DNA from: a virus
Taxonomy: Duplodnaviria > Caudoviricetes
Reading direction: 5' to 3' (one strand)
Length of the DNA: 35,994 nt
Virus record (IMG/VR): IMGVR_UViG_3300027811_000014
Location: 1-35,994 of that record
Shown here: positions 28,261-35,994 of the stretch, piece by piece
How positions within the stretch are numbered: position 1 is the stretch's first letter
Layout of the letters: each line of letters opens with the position of its first letter
Notes under the pieces: generated by a model
The model's database searches: none
The model's input: the letters and a program-made list of their open reading frames with translations, nothing else
Told to the model about the DNA's origin: nothing
Program-made: the position numbers and the translations under genes

Positions 28261-28977
28261 ATGGGCTTTGCCGACAACAGCGGGGAAATTTTCATTGATG
28301 CAGTTTTAACCGACGAAGGTCGTGAAAGACTTGCACGCAACGATGGAAGCTTCGCGATAGTGAGATTTCGTCTTGGCGACGATGAGATAGACTACAGATT
28401 TTGGAACGAGCTCACTGGAAGCGATTCGAAAGATCGAAAGATTCTAGATACTCCAATTTTCGAGGCGTTCACGAATGAAGCTGTGGCTTTGAGATATCCG
28501 CTCGTGTCAGTCAGAAACGCCAGGCTGCAGTTTCTTCCGACGATGGTCGCGAAACCGAATAGCGTCGTGTTGCGTGAGCAAACAGATTCGATAGGCGGCG
28601 GCGTTGACGTGACTGTCAGTCAGGAAATCGCTAGATCACAGACGATTCTCCCTGCAGAGATAATTGACGTCAACTATTCTGTCGAAGTAGACAACGACCT
28701 CATCTACGTGTCTGGTGAAACTCCTCTTTCTATAACTCCGTTCGGAACTGCTAGATACATGATTTCTGCGGCTGCTGGAAGGCAGACTGCAGCTGGCGGA
28801 ACTGAATGTAAGTTCAATCTCAGAGTGCAGACGTTGACTACTGAAGCGTTTGACGTTCTTGTAGGAACAAACATCGTGAAGCCAAGAGCTATCGAAACTA
28901 TGGCTGTCGTGACGGGTCAGCAAAGCGGAATGAGTTCACGTGTGCCGATCACGATAATAGAATTCGCCACGTCGTAA
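28261..28977 (+). CDS. Structural protein, tail-collar-like N-terminal family
   Basis: AGGAG SD. 'GFADNSGEIFIDAVLTDEGRERLA...FRLGDDEIDY...DTPIFEAF'. Confidence 0.75.
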   Translation: MGFADNSGEIFIDAVLTDEGRERLARNDGSFAIVRFRLGDDEIDYRFWNELTGSDSKDRKILDTPIFEAFTNEAVALRYPLVSVRNARLQFLPTMVAKPNSVVLREQTDSIGGGVDVTVSQEIARSQTILPAEIIDVNYSVEVDNDLIYVSGETPLSITPFGTARYMISAAAGRQTAAGGTECKFNLRVQTLTTEAFDVLVGTNIVKPRAIETMAVVTGQQSGMSSRVPITIIEFATS

Positions 28978-28990
28978 GGGAGTGTGACAA

Positions 28991-29980
28991 ATGTCGCTTA
29001 AGTCTTTTGATCTCAGTAACGATGTGGCGTCAGTCGTGTCTTCCATAAACGAAGTCGTGATAGTGTCGAGTTCGATTTACGCGAACGACTTGAACATCAA
29101 GTATTTCACTAACATAGCTTCTTCGTCTGCTGGAGCAGATCTCGGAGGTTACTGGCAGACGGTGTTTGATTCGTCTCCGACGAGCTCGTTCAGCACGGCT
29201 ATCATGGACATGACGTACGGTTACTCTACTGGTTCTTCGTACAATCTTCCTGTCACGTCGACGAGTTCACAGAACGAAAAGATAAAGATATACAGGCAGA
29301 TGGCTTCGACTTTGCTCGGCAATCCAGACGCGTTATTCACGATCAACGGTTCAACTGCCACTGAATGTTTCTTCATCCTGGTGAAGAGAGGCATACAGAA
29401 AGATGAGATCAAGAAGGGCAGTACAGCGCTCATTCTCAACAGAACTTCTGATTCTGTCACTGGTTCCGACGACGGCGCAGTCGTGAATTTCAAGCAAACT
29501 GTCGGCGGCGACTACGCGATACTGAGCGACGACTTGGACAACGAGTATGGTCAGGTGTGGTACAACGCTGGCATGATTGTTCTTGGAGCGACTGCGTCGT
29601 GGCCTGGAGACACTCCGTGGTCAGGTTCAAAGACGTTAGAGGAACTCGAAGTTTCAGGCACCATCAATCAGAATGTAGACGGTCTCAGAAATCACATCGA
29701 TAAGATCGCTCTTCATAACCAGACGAACTTGTATTCGACGATTTTCTTCTGCAGGGCTTACAACTCAGAGTTCAATTACTCGAGCAACCCGACGTTCGTC
29801 GACGACAACAAGAGAATCAGAGTGACTTCTGGAAGCAACATTCTCTCTACCAGGGTCTACATCACTACTATCGGGCTGTACGATCCAAACGACAACCTTC
29901 TCGCCGTCGCAAAATTAAATCGTCCGATAACGAAAAGTCCCGATACAGAAGCAACGTGCCGAATTCGTTTGGACTATTGA
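28991..29980 (+). CDS. Structural protein with tail-collar-like C-terminal motif (paralog of 30682..32499)
   Basis: GGGAG SD. 'FFCRAYNSEFNYSSNPTF...YITTIGLYDPNDNLLAVAKLNRPITK...RIRLDY'. Confidence 0.75.
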   Translation: MSLKSFDLSNDVASVVSSINEVVIVSSSIYANDLNIKYFTNIASSSAGADLGGYWQTVFDSSPTSSFSTAIMDMTYGYSTGSSYNLPVTSTSSQNEKIKIYRQMASTLLGNPDALFTINGSTATECFFILVKRGIQKDEIKKGSTALILNRTSDSVTGSDDGAVVNFKQTVGGDYAILSDDLDNEYGQVWYNAGMIVLGATASWPGDTPWSGSKTLEELEVSGTINQNVDGLRNHIDKIALHNQTNLYSTIFFCRAYNSEFNYSSNPTFVDDNKRIRVTSGSNILSTRVYITTIGLYDPNDNLLAVAKLNRPITKSPDTEATCRIRLDY

Positions 29981-30022
29981 TTTATTAACAATATCAATAG
30001 GTTATAAACAAAGGATTGAAAA

Positions 30023-30682
30023 TTGGTCTCTAGATATCTTATTTATGGATTGATAGATCCAAGAAATTGTCAACTTCGATATGTTGGCAAATCAGCTAAC
30101 GGGCTGACACGTCCCAGACAACGACATCATGCAATATGTTGGTCGTGGGAAGAGAATTTGTTACGAGATAATTTGAAACCTGAAATAGAAATTTTGGAAG
30201 AGTTTGAAGAAAAACATGATTTGAATGACGCTGAGATATTTTGGATATCTTATTTCAAAATGATAGGCTGTAATCTGACAAACATTTCAAAGGGAGGCGA
30301 TGGAAATGTTTGTCTTAAGGGTGCAGAACATCCAATGTTTGGAAAGCATCATTCTGATGAAACAAGGAAAATCTTGTCTACAAAGGCAACAGGAAAGAAA
30401 CTTTCAGATTGTGCAAAGAAGAAAATAAGCATGAAAGTAAAAGGCGAGTACAACGGTAGATTCGGAAAGAAAAATTCAGAGTACGCAAACTTGATTAATG
30501 CGTTAAAACATTCAAAAGCAATTGTCTGTTTGAATGACGAAAAAGTATTTCAGTCTGGAAAGCTAGCTGCGAAATTTTATAATATCAATCCTACGTCAAT
30601 TTGTCATATTCTTAAAGGTAGATGCAAATCGACAAGAACAGGTCTTAAATTCGCGTTCGTCGAAAACAACGGAGTCTTCTGA
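30023..30682 (+). CDS. Free-standing GIY-YIG homing endonuclease with NUMOD3 and NUMOD1/HTH-like DNA-binding modules
   Basis: 'LIYGLIDPRNCQLRYVGKS' (GIY-YIG-like), 'HPMFGKHHSDETRKILS' and 'GKKLSDCAKKKIS' (NUMOD3), 'VFQSGKLAAKFYNINPTSICHILKG' (HTH). AT-richer than its flanks. Confidence 0.88.
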   Translation: MVSRYLIYGLIDPRNCQLRYVGKSANGLTRPRQRHHAICWSWEENLLRDNLKPEIEILEEFEEKHDLNDAEIFWISYFKMIGCNLTNISKGGDGNVCLKGAEHPMFGKHHSDETRKILSTKATGKKLSDCAKKKISMKVKGEYNGRFGKKNSEYANLINALKHSKAIVCLNDEKVFQSGKLAAKFYNINPTSICHILKGRCKSTRTGLKFAFVENNGVF

Positions 30683-32499
30683 TGTCGTGCTTCGCTAAGT
30701 TCGAAAAGAACGATATCACGTTTTCGAGCATACACACTCGTCCAAGAGTGTCTGTGAAATACGGTGTGAATGGCTGGGAAGGAAACACGGGAGTTTCAGC
30801 GTCTCTCAGCTTGTACGGTGGGATAAGAGGCAGAAACGACGTCAAGTATTCGAATTTTCAATCTTCTGGGTTGGCGATCTATCCACTTGACCCGCTGGAC
30901 ACTCATAGCATAGACAAGGTAGTGTTTGTTTCGGGTTCGTATCCGTCAACTGGCTCTATTCGATTCTTCAGATGCAGAGACATAGATTCAGCTCCCACTG
31001 ACACGAATTGGTTCGACGAACATTTCAGACCGATAGAACTGTTGTACGACTATAACAGTCAACTCGATTCGAACTATTTTTTGGGAAATTACGACTTTTA
31101 CTCCGCCATGTTTCTGGACGACGGAAGCGACGCAGCGAGACGCGGGTCCTACTTCGTGTTCTCAGGAGCATTTCCAGACACTCCAACTGGTTTGACGTCG
31201 TCGTTCACCGTTGAAGCCCTCGTCAAGACAGTTCCATTCGGCACGTCTTCGCTAATTTGTCCGACTATCATGTGTCAGCAGGGAGTGTGGAATGTTCACG
31301 TCAACTGCGATATGTTGGCCGTTGGCACTGAAGCTTCTCCGTTTTCCGTGGGGTCAGCGGCGACGTTTTTGGAACCAGGTGTGTGGAAACATGTGGCCGT
31401 CGTTTTCAGTGCCTCTCAGAGTGCCACGATTTGGATAGACGGAGAATACGCAGACACGTTCGTTTTGTCTGGCGGCTTGCAACCGTATTCTGGAACTGTT
31501 CAACCAGGAGGTTTACCGTTAGTCGTAGGTTCGTACGTAGACCACACGGGCAGTGCAGTCCAAGGAGGCTGGAACGGTTTCTTGTTTGACACTAGAGTGT
31601 GGAACAGAGAACTGAGTGCAGAAGAGATCGCGACAAACAGCAACGTTACATTGTTCAATTCTTCTTCGCTTGATTTGTTGCACTACGCTCGTTACAACGA
31701 CGGTCCATACGGAGTAGCTCACGGGTTTGTTTCTGGATCTGGAACGTTTGATCACAGTCCTTACGCTAATCACGGACAATCTGTGGCGTGGTCTTCAGCC
31801 AACCAGATACGTTGGCAACCAAATGATCACCCGACGTTCGTGACTAAAAGAAACAAGATCAACATGTCGATGAAAGACATTCGTGTGATACACGTTCCAA
31901 GCATGTTTTACGGTTCTCAGATAGACCCTGGAAGCGTGAGTATCATCGACGGAGTATACGATCTCAGGAGAATAGTGAGAACGTTCAACGATGACGGACG
32001 TGGAACTCTTTACTTGTCTGGTTCTGTGACGAGAGACATCTCGGGAGAAGATTACACCGGAGATACGAGGAAAAAGGTAGGGAATGTGTTCTACACAGAG
32101 GGACTGATAGTTCTCACAGATCCAGCGATTTTTGACGTGTTCGACAGGTTTTCTGATTTTTGGGATCCAAACGTGTCAGTTTACGGAGTGTTCGGAGACT
32201 TGCTGAGCATAAACTTCAGAGGGCAAGGAAGAGTAGACACGAAGACGTTCAATTGCAGGTTGTCGACAGCTCAGTACAACGCGTCTAACAATCAAACGTT
32301 CAGTTACAGAGACACGCAGGGAACGATCGAGACAGACGATGACAGGACTATTGTCAAGAGGAAGGACGGAACGACGTACGTCACTGCTATAGGACTGTAC
32401 AACGAAGATTTCAAGCTTGTTGCCGTGGCTAAGTTCGCTCAACCGATCAGGAAGAGAGAACGTGACAAGATTAACTGCAAACTGAGAATCGACATCTGA
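30682..32499 (+). CDS. LamG/ConA-like domain structural protein with tail-collar-like C-terminus
   Basis: LamG-like 'SFTVEALVK...PGVWKHVAVVF...IWIDG...DTRVWNRELSAEEI'. C-terminal 'YVTAIGLYNEDFKLVAVAKFAQPIRK'. Confidence 0.8.
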   Translation: MSCFAKFEKNDITFSSIHTRPRVSVKYGVNGWEGNTGVSASLSLYGGIRGRNDVKYSNFQSSGLAIYPLDPLDTHSIDKVVFVSGSYPSTGSIRFFRCRDIDSAPTDTNWFDEHFRPIELLYDYNSQLDSNYFLGNYDFYSAMFLDDGSDAARRGSYFVFSGAFPDTPTGLTSSFTVEALVKTVPFGTSSLICPTIMCQQGVWNVHVNCDMLAVGTEASPFSVGSAATFLEPGVWKHVAVVFSASQSATIWIDGEYADTFVLSGGLQPYSGTVQPGGLPLVVGSYVDHTGSAVQGGWNGFLFDTRVWNRELSAEEIATNSNVTLFNSSSLDLLHYARYNDGPYGVAHGFVSGSGTFDHSPYANHGQSVAWSSANQIRWQPNDHPTFVTKRNKINMSMKDIRVIHVPSMFYGSQIDPGSVSIIDGVYDLRRIVRTFNDDGRGTLYLSGSVTRDISGEDYTGDTRKKVGNVFYTEGLIVLTDPAIFDVFDRFSDFWDPNVSVYGVFGDLLSINFRGQGRVDTKTFNCRLSTAQYNASNNQTFSYRDTQGTIETDDDRTIVKRKDGTTYVTAIGLYNEDFKLVAVAKFAQPIRKRERDKINCKLRIDI

Positions 32500-32517
32500 T
32501 TTTAGAAAGAAGGCGTA

Positions 32518-33093
32518 ATGATATTCGGATTAGACATAAGCACTTCTGTCATAGGTGCCGTGAAGTTTGATAGCTGCGGAAAATTCATAGATTCTGATTA
32601 CTGTGATCTTCGTAAAGTAGACGGAGATTTGATTGACAAAGCAGCTACTGCAGATGATTGGATCAAAGGGATGGTCAACGACGCTGTCGCAAAAAGAGAG
32701 TCTATCGGATACGAACATGACTTTTTCATTGAAGACAGGTTGTCGGGATTCGGCGGAGGCAAGACGATGCAGCAGACGTTGCTCAAGCTTGCAGCGTTCA
32801 ACGCCACAGTGTCGTACATAGTTTATAGAAATTTCCACGACGCTGGTCTCGGACTCACGATCGAGCACATCCATCCGAGCACAGTCAAAGCGTTTATGAA
32901 GAGATTCGGTCTGATAGTTCCAAAGGGCAGCAAGGAAAAAAAGAGATTGACGCTTGAATGGGTTCAAAGAAAAGAGCCGACGTTCAAAGTAGAGTTGAAC
33001 AGAAAAGAAAATCCTCAACCTTGGTGTTACGACATGGCAGACGCGTACATCACTGCGTGGGCTGGTTTTCACATGAACAAACCGAAAATTTGA
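32518..33093 (+). CDS. RuvC-like Holliday junction resolvase
   Basis: RNase H-fold acidic motifs 'IFGLDISTSVIG', 'FFIED', 'IHPSTVK', 'DMADAY'. Confidence 0.85.
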   Translation: MIFGLDISTSVIGAVKFDSCGKFIDSDYCDLRKVDGDLIDKAATADDWIKGMVNDAVAKRESIGYEHDFFIEDRLSGFGGGKTMQQTLLKLAAFNATVSYIVYRNFHDAGLGLTIEHIHPSTVKAFMKRFGLIVPKGSKEKKRLTLEWVQRKEPTFKVELNRKENPQPWCYDMADAYITAWAGFHMNKPKI

Positions 33094-33097
33094 CAAA

Positions 33098-33104
33098 CTA
33101 TTTA
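33098..33104 (+). promoter_or_regulatory. CTATTTA motif, putative phage promoter core
   Basis: In the 15-bp gap between resolvase and primase, 4 nt before the GTG. Confidence 0.5.
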
Positions 33105-33108
33105 TATC

Positions 33109-34050
33109 GTGATCTCTCGCGAACGAAAGTTGGTGCTTTTGAGACAATCGTTGCATCAACCTGGCAAGATGTTGGGCCACCAAGAAATAGCGTTTTTTTG
33201 TCCCAAGCATAGCGCGAGAGCGAACAGAGCGATAGGACAGTTGAGTATAAATCTCGTTAACGACAAGTTTCATTGTTGGAGCTGTGGATTCGCTGGACCT
33301 AACTTGCTTCGTTTGTTTGACAAGCGCTCTCCAGAGTGGAGCGAATACGTTGCATCGTTGTCTGAGTTGAATTCGTTCGTAAAACAAAACAAGCAACAAG
33401 ACAAAAAATACGACGAGCCCGTGCTTCCAAACGAATTTAGGACGTTGTCTAAAGAATGGAGAAGTCCTTACTTTTCCGCAGCGACGAGTTACTTGAGGTC
33501 ACGAGGAATAAACAGACGTGAAATTTTGAAATGGAAGCTTGGATATTGTGAAGATGGGAAGTTTAAGAACAGGATCATAATTCCTTCGTTCGACGAATGT
33601 GGAAAATTGAACTTTTTCACTGGAAGGTCTTTCTACGATAACGCGAAAAGGTATGACACTGGAAACTTTTGTAAGGACATAATCTTCAACGATTACATGA
33701 TAGAATGGGATAGAGAGATAACGATTGTCGAAGGTCCTTTCGACGCGTTCAAGGCAGACGACAACGTCGTAGTCTTGCAGGGAAGCATGCTTGATGTAGG
33801 TTCGAAGCTATTCTCGAAAATTGTCTTGTCGGGAGTCGACGTTTTATTCGCTCTAGACCCTGACGCGTTTGAAAAGCAACTTGACATCATAGAAGATTTC
33901 ATGTCTTACGGAGTGAATTGCAGGAGAGTTTGCTTCAACGACAAGAAAGACGTTGGAGAAATGACTGTGGAAGAGTTTGCAGCGATCAAGAAAAACGCCG
34001 TCAATGTCTCGTCACAAGCAGACTTGATGAAAGCAAGGGTTCTAAATTGA
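33109..34050 (+). CDS. DNA primase (Zn-binding domain + TOPRIM; DnaG / T4 gp61-like)
   Basis: CPKH...FHCWSC zinc site, 'YLRSRGI', 'NRIIIP', 'FTGRSF', and TOPRIM motifs 'IVEGPFDA', 'ALDPDA', 'KDVGEM'. Confidence 0.92.
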   Translation: MISRERKLVLLRQSLHQPGKMLGHQEIAFFCPKHSARANRAIGQLSINLVNDKFHCWSCGFAGPNLLRLFDKRSPEWSEYVASLSELNSFVKQNKQQDKKYDEPVLPNEFRTLSKEWRSPYFSAATSYLRSRGINRREILKWKLGYCEDGKFKNRIIIPSFDECGKLNFFTGRSFYDNAKRYDTGNFCKDIIFNDYMIEWDREITIVEGPFDAFKADDNVVVLQGSMLDVGSKLFSKIVLSGVDVLFALDPDAFEKQLDIIEDFMSYGVNCRRVCFNDKKDVGEMTVEEFAAIKKNAVNVSSQADLMKARVLN

Positions 34051-35994
34051 CGTTGAAACTCGTTCACTTCAGCGACGTTCACTTGCGCACTCTAAAATTT
34101 CATGATGAATATTCCAAAGTATTCAGCAACTTTTACAACGCGTTAGAAGAAATCAAACCCGACGTCATCGTCAACACTGGCGATCTTGTTCATGCAAAGA
34201 CTAATCTCAGTCCTGAGTTGGTCGACATGGTTTCACAGTTTCTTAAGTCGTTATCACGATACGCGCCAGTTCATTCTATACTGGGAAATCATGACTTCAA
34301 CTTGATGAATCCAGGAAGACGTGATGCTATTTCTCCCATCGTTCAAAGTATAAACGACGACAGAATAAAGTTGCACAAGAAGTCAGGGTTGTCGTTCTCT
34401 TTAGAAAAAGACGGACAGAAATATAACTTCTGGACGTTTTCGTTAGCAGATCAAGAGAACTACCCTACTCCATCGTCGTGGAAAAAGTGTGATAGCGACG
34501 TGAACATAGGACTGCTACACGGAGCTATCTCTACGAGCGTCACAGATCTGAATTGGGAAATGAAAAACGTAGAATATGATTTGGGGATATTTGACGGACT
34601 TGACTTCACGTTGCTCGGAGACATACACAAACAACAATTTTTTGAAAACAAGACAGTAGCTTACGCTGGATCGTTGGTACAACAAAACTTCGGAGAAGAA
34701 ATCGACAAAGGTTTTTTGATTTGGGAATTTGGTAAAAAGCATGAGAAACATTCTGTAAAATCGTTCGTGTTGACCGGAAGCAGAAATTTCTACACTGTGT
34801 TTATTCCAGAAGATTTGTCTATCCCTAGTCTGGATATTGTTCCAAATTCACGAATCAGAGTTAGTCCTGTCAGACAGCTTACTCTTATAGAACAAAAAGA
34901 GATAGAAAAAGAGATCAAGCGAAAGTATTCTCCGTTTGATGTCATTGTGTTGTCTGCTAACAACATCGGAGAACAAAAAGTAGACATAGACAAGAAATCT
35001 GCTTCCATAGAGAACATAAGAAGTACAGATGTTCAAGACAGACTTTTGCGAGAATTTTTTCAAGAAAAGAACGTCGATGAAAAAATTTTAGAACGTGTGA
35101 TGGAAATAAACAGAAGACTGCAGATAGCTGTAGATCAAGAAGAGTTTTCCAAAGGAGCAAATTGGAAAATAGAAAAATTAGCGTGGAACAACTTGTTCAA
35201 CTACGGAGAGGGAAACGTAATAGACTTTTCTAAACTAGGAGGTTTGATAGGACTTTTCGCCCCAAACGGGTCAGGAAAATCAAACTTCATAGATGTTATT
35301 TTAGAAACTTGTTTTGACCAGACTACTAAGGGTGTGAATAAGAACTTGTTTTTGGTGAATGACAACAAGAGCAGTGCCGCGGCGATAATGGAGATAACGG
35401 CAAATGACAGAAGATACGAGGTAGTCAGACAAATAGAGAAGATCAAGTATGGTCATAGAAAAGGATCTGCCAAGGAGTGGGGAAAGACTACTGTAGATTT
35501 CGCCTCTGTAGACGAGACTGGTGAAAGACAGCAACATGTAGAAGAACAAAGATCTGGAACAGAAAAAAATATAAGACAGTGTTTCGGCACGTATGAAGAT
35601 TTTTTGCTAACTTCATTGTTTGCTCAGTGGAATCCACTCGACATCATCAAGGTAAAAGAAACTGAACGAAAAAAAATCATATACAGATTTTTAGATCTTG
35701 AGTTCTTCGGAAAGAAAGACGCGCTCGCTAAAGATGAGCACAGAGTAAAGTCTAAACAACTCGAGGAAATAGAAAGTGTTGACTTGGAAAACGTCATAAG
35801 CAAACTCGAATCTTCTTTGGCTGCTAGAGAAGACGAATTAGACGACTTGATGGCGAAGATATCTGCAGCAGAAGAAGTCAGAAAAGAAAAAGAAGATTTC
35901 ATCGTCGAAATAGTCAGCAAAAAGAAAAGCGTCGAAAAAATAACGATGCGGCGATGGGAATCTTGCATAGAAGAACTTGATCAAAAAGCACAAG
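34047..35994 (+). CDS. Fused SbcD/Mre11 nuclease - SbcC/Rad50 ATPase (3'-truncated; not in the ORF track)
   Basis: TTG at 34047 (or 34053), frame open to the window end. Phosphoesterase motifs SDVH, TGDLVH, GNHD, LHG, GDIH, YAGSL. In the same frame 'WKIEKLAWNNLFNYG' (~35163), Walker A 'APNGSGKS' (35259) and a coiled coil. Confidence 0.92.
   Translation, partial: MTLKLVHFSDVHLRTLKFHDEYSKVFSNFYNALEEIKPDVIVNTGDLVHAKTNLSPELVDMVSQFLKSLSRYAPVHSILGNHDFNLMNPGRRDAISPIVQSINDDRIKLHKKSGLSFSLEKDGQKYNFWTFSLADQENYPTPSSWKKCDSDVNIGLLHGAISTSVTDLNWEMKNVEYDLGIFDGLDFTLLGDIHKQQFFENKTVAYAGSLVQQNFGEEIDKGFLIWEFGKKHEKHSVKSFVLTGSRNFYTVFIPEDLSIPSLDIVPNSRIRVSPVRQLTLIEQKEIEKEIKRKYSPFDVIVLSANNIGEQKVDIDKKSASIENIRSTDVQDRLLREFFQEKNVDEKILERVMEINRRLQIAVDQEEFSKGANWKIEKLAWNNLFNYGEGNVIDFSKLGGLIGLFAPNGSGKSNFIDVILETCFDQTTKGVNKNLFLVNDNKSSAAAIMEITANDRRYEVVRQIEKIKYGHRKGSAKEWGKTTVDFASVDETGERQQHVEEQRSGTEKNIRQCFGTYEDFLLTSLFAQWNPLDIIKVKETERKKIIYRFLDLEFFGKKDALAKDEHRVKSKQLEEIESVDLENVISKLESSLAAREDELDDLMAKISAAEEVRKEKEDFIVEIVSKKKSVEKITMRRWESCIEELDQKAQ

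Noticed and set aside
29977-30008. Sigma70-like promoter TTGATT...TATAAA upstream of the endonuclease
   Set aside because: The 20-nt spacing is too long, and AT-rich sequence produces such matches by chance.
1-32499. Bacterial eCIS, tailocin or T6SS locus
   Set aside because: Directly linked to a primase, resolvase, Mre11-Rad50 and a homing endonuclease, with no host housekeeping genes. This fits a phage genome.
32530-33399. 289-aa minus-strand ORF
   Set aside because: Antisense shadow of the resolvase and primase genes, with no recognisable motifs.
305-35968. Other minus-strand and nested alternate-frame ORFs in the track
   Set aside because: They overlap well-supported + strand genes and show no recognisable motifs.

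Overview
This window looks like part of a large contractile-tailed phage (myovirus) genome. All credible genes are on the + strand, densely packed and often overlapping (ATGA/TAATG). Bases 1-32499 are a baseplate and tail-appendage module. It encodes a spike C-terminus, gp25-like and J/gp6-like wedge proteins, a DNRLRE-like protein with a (YxGS)n insert, a LamG + P2-gpI-like protein, paralogous fibre proteins, a P-domain/beta-propeller protein, three large Fn3-like proteins and two pairs of tail-collar-like paralogs. A free-standing GIY-YIG homing endonuclease sits inside this module. From 32518 a replication/recombination module begins: RuvC-like resolvase, primase, and a single-ORF Mre11(SbcD)-Rad50(SbcC) fusion that runs off the window and is missing from the ORF track. 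I saw no rRNA, tRNA, CRISPR array or IS element. The most unusual signals are the Cys/His-clamped 15+15 YxGS array, [ST]-G-S enrichment across virion proteins (a possible modification sequon), an apparently split tail-collar domain, a recurring CTATTTA intergenic motif and strong NCC-codon avoidance. Family assignments come from motif recognition by eye, not database searches.
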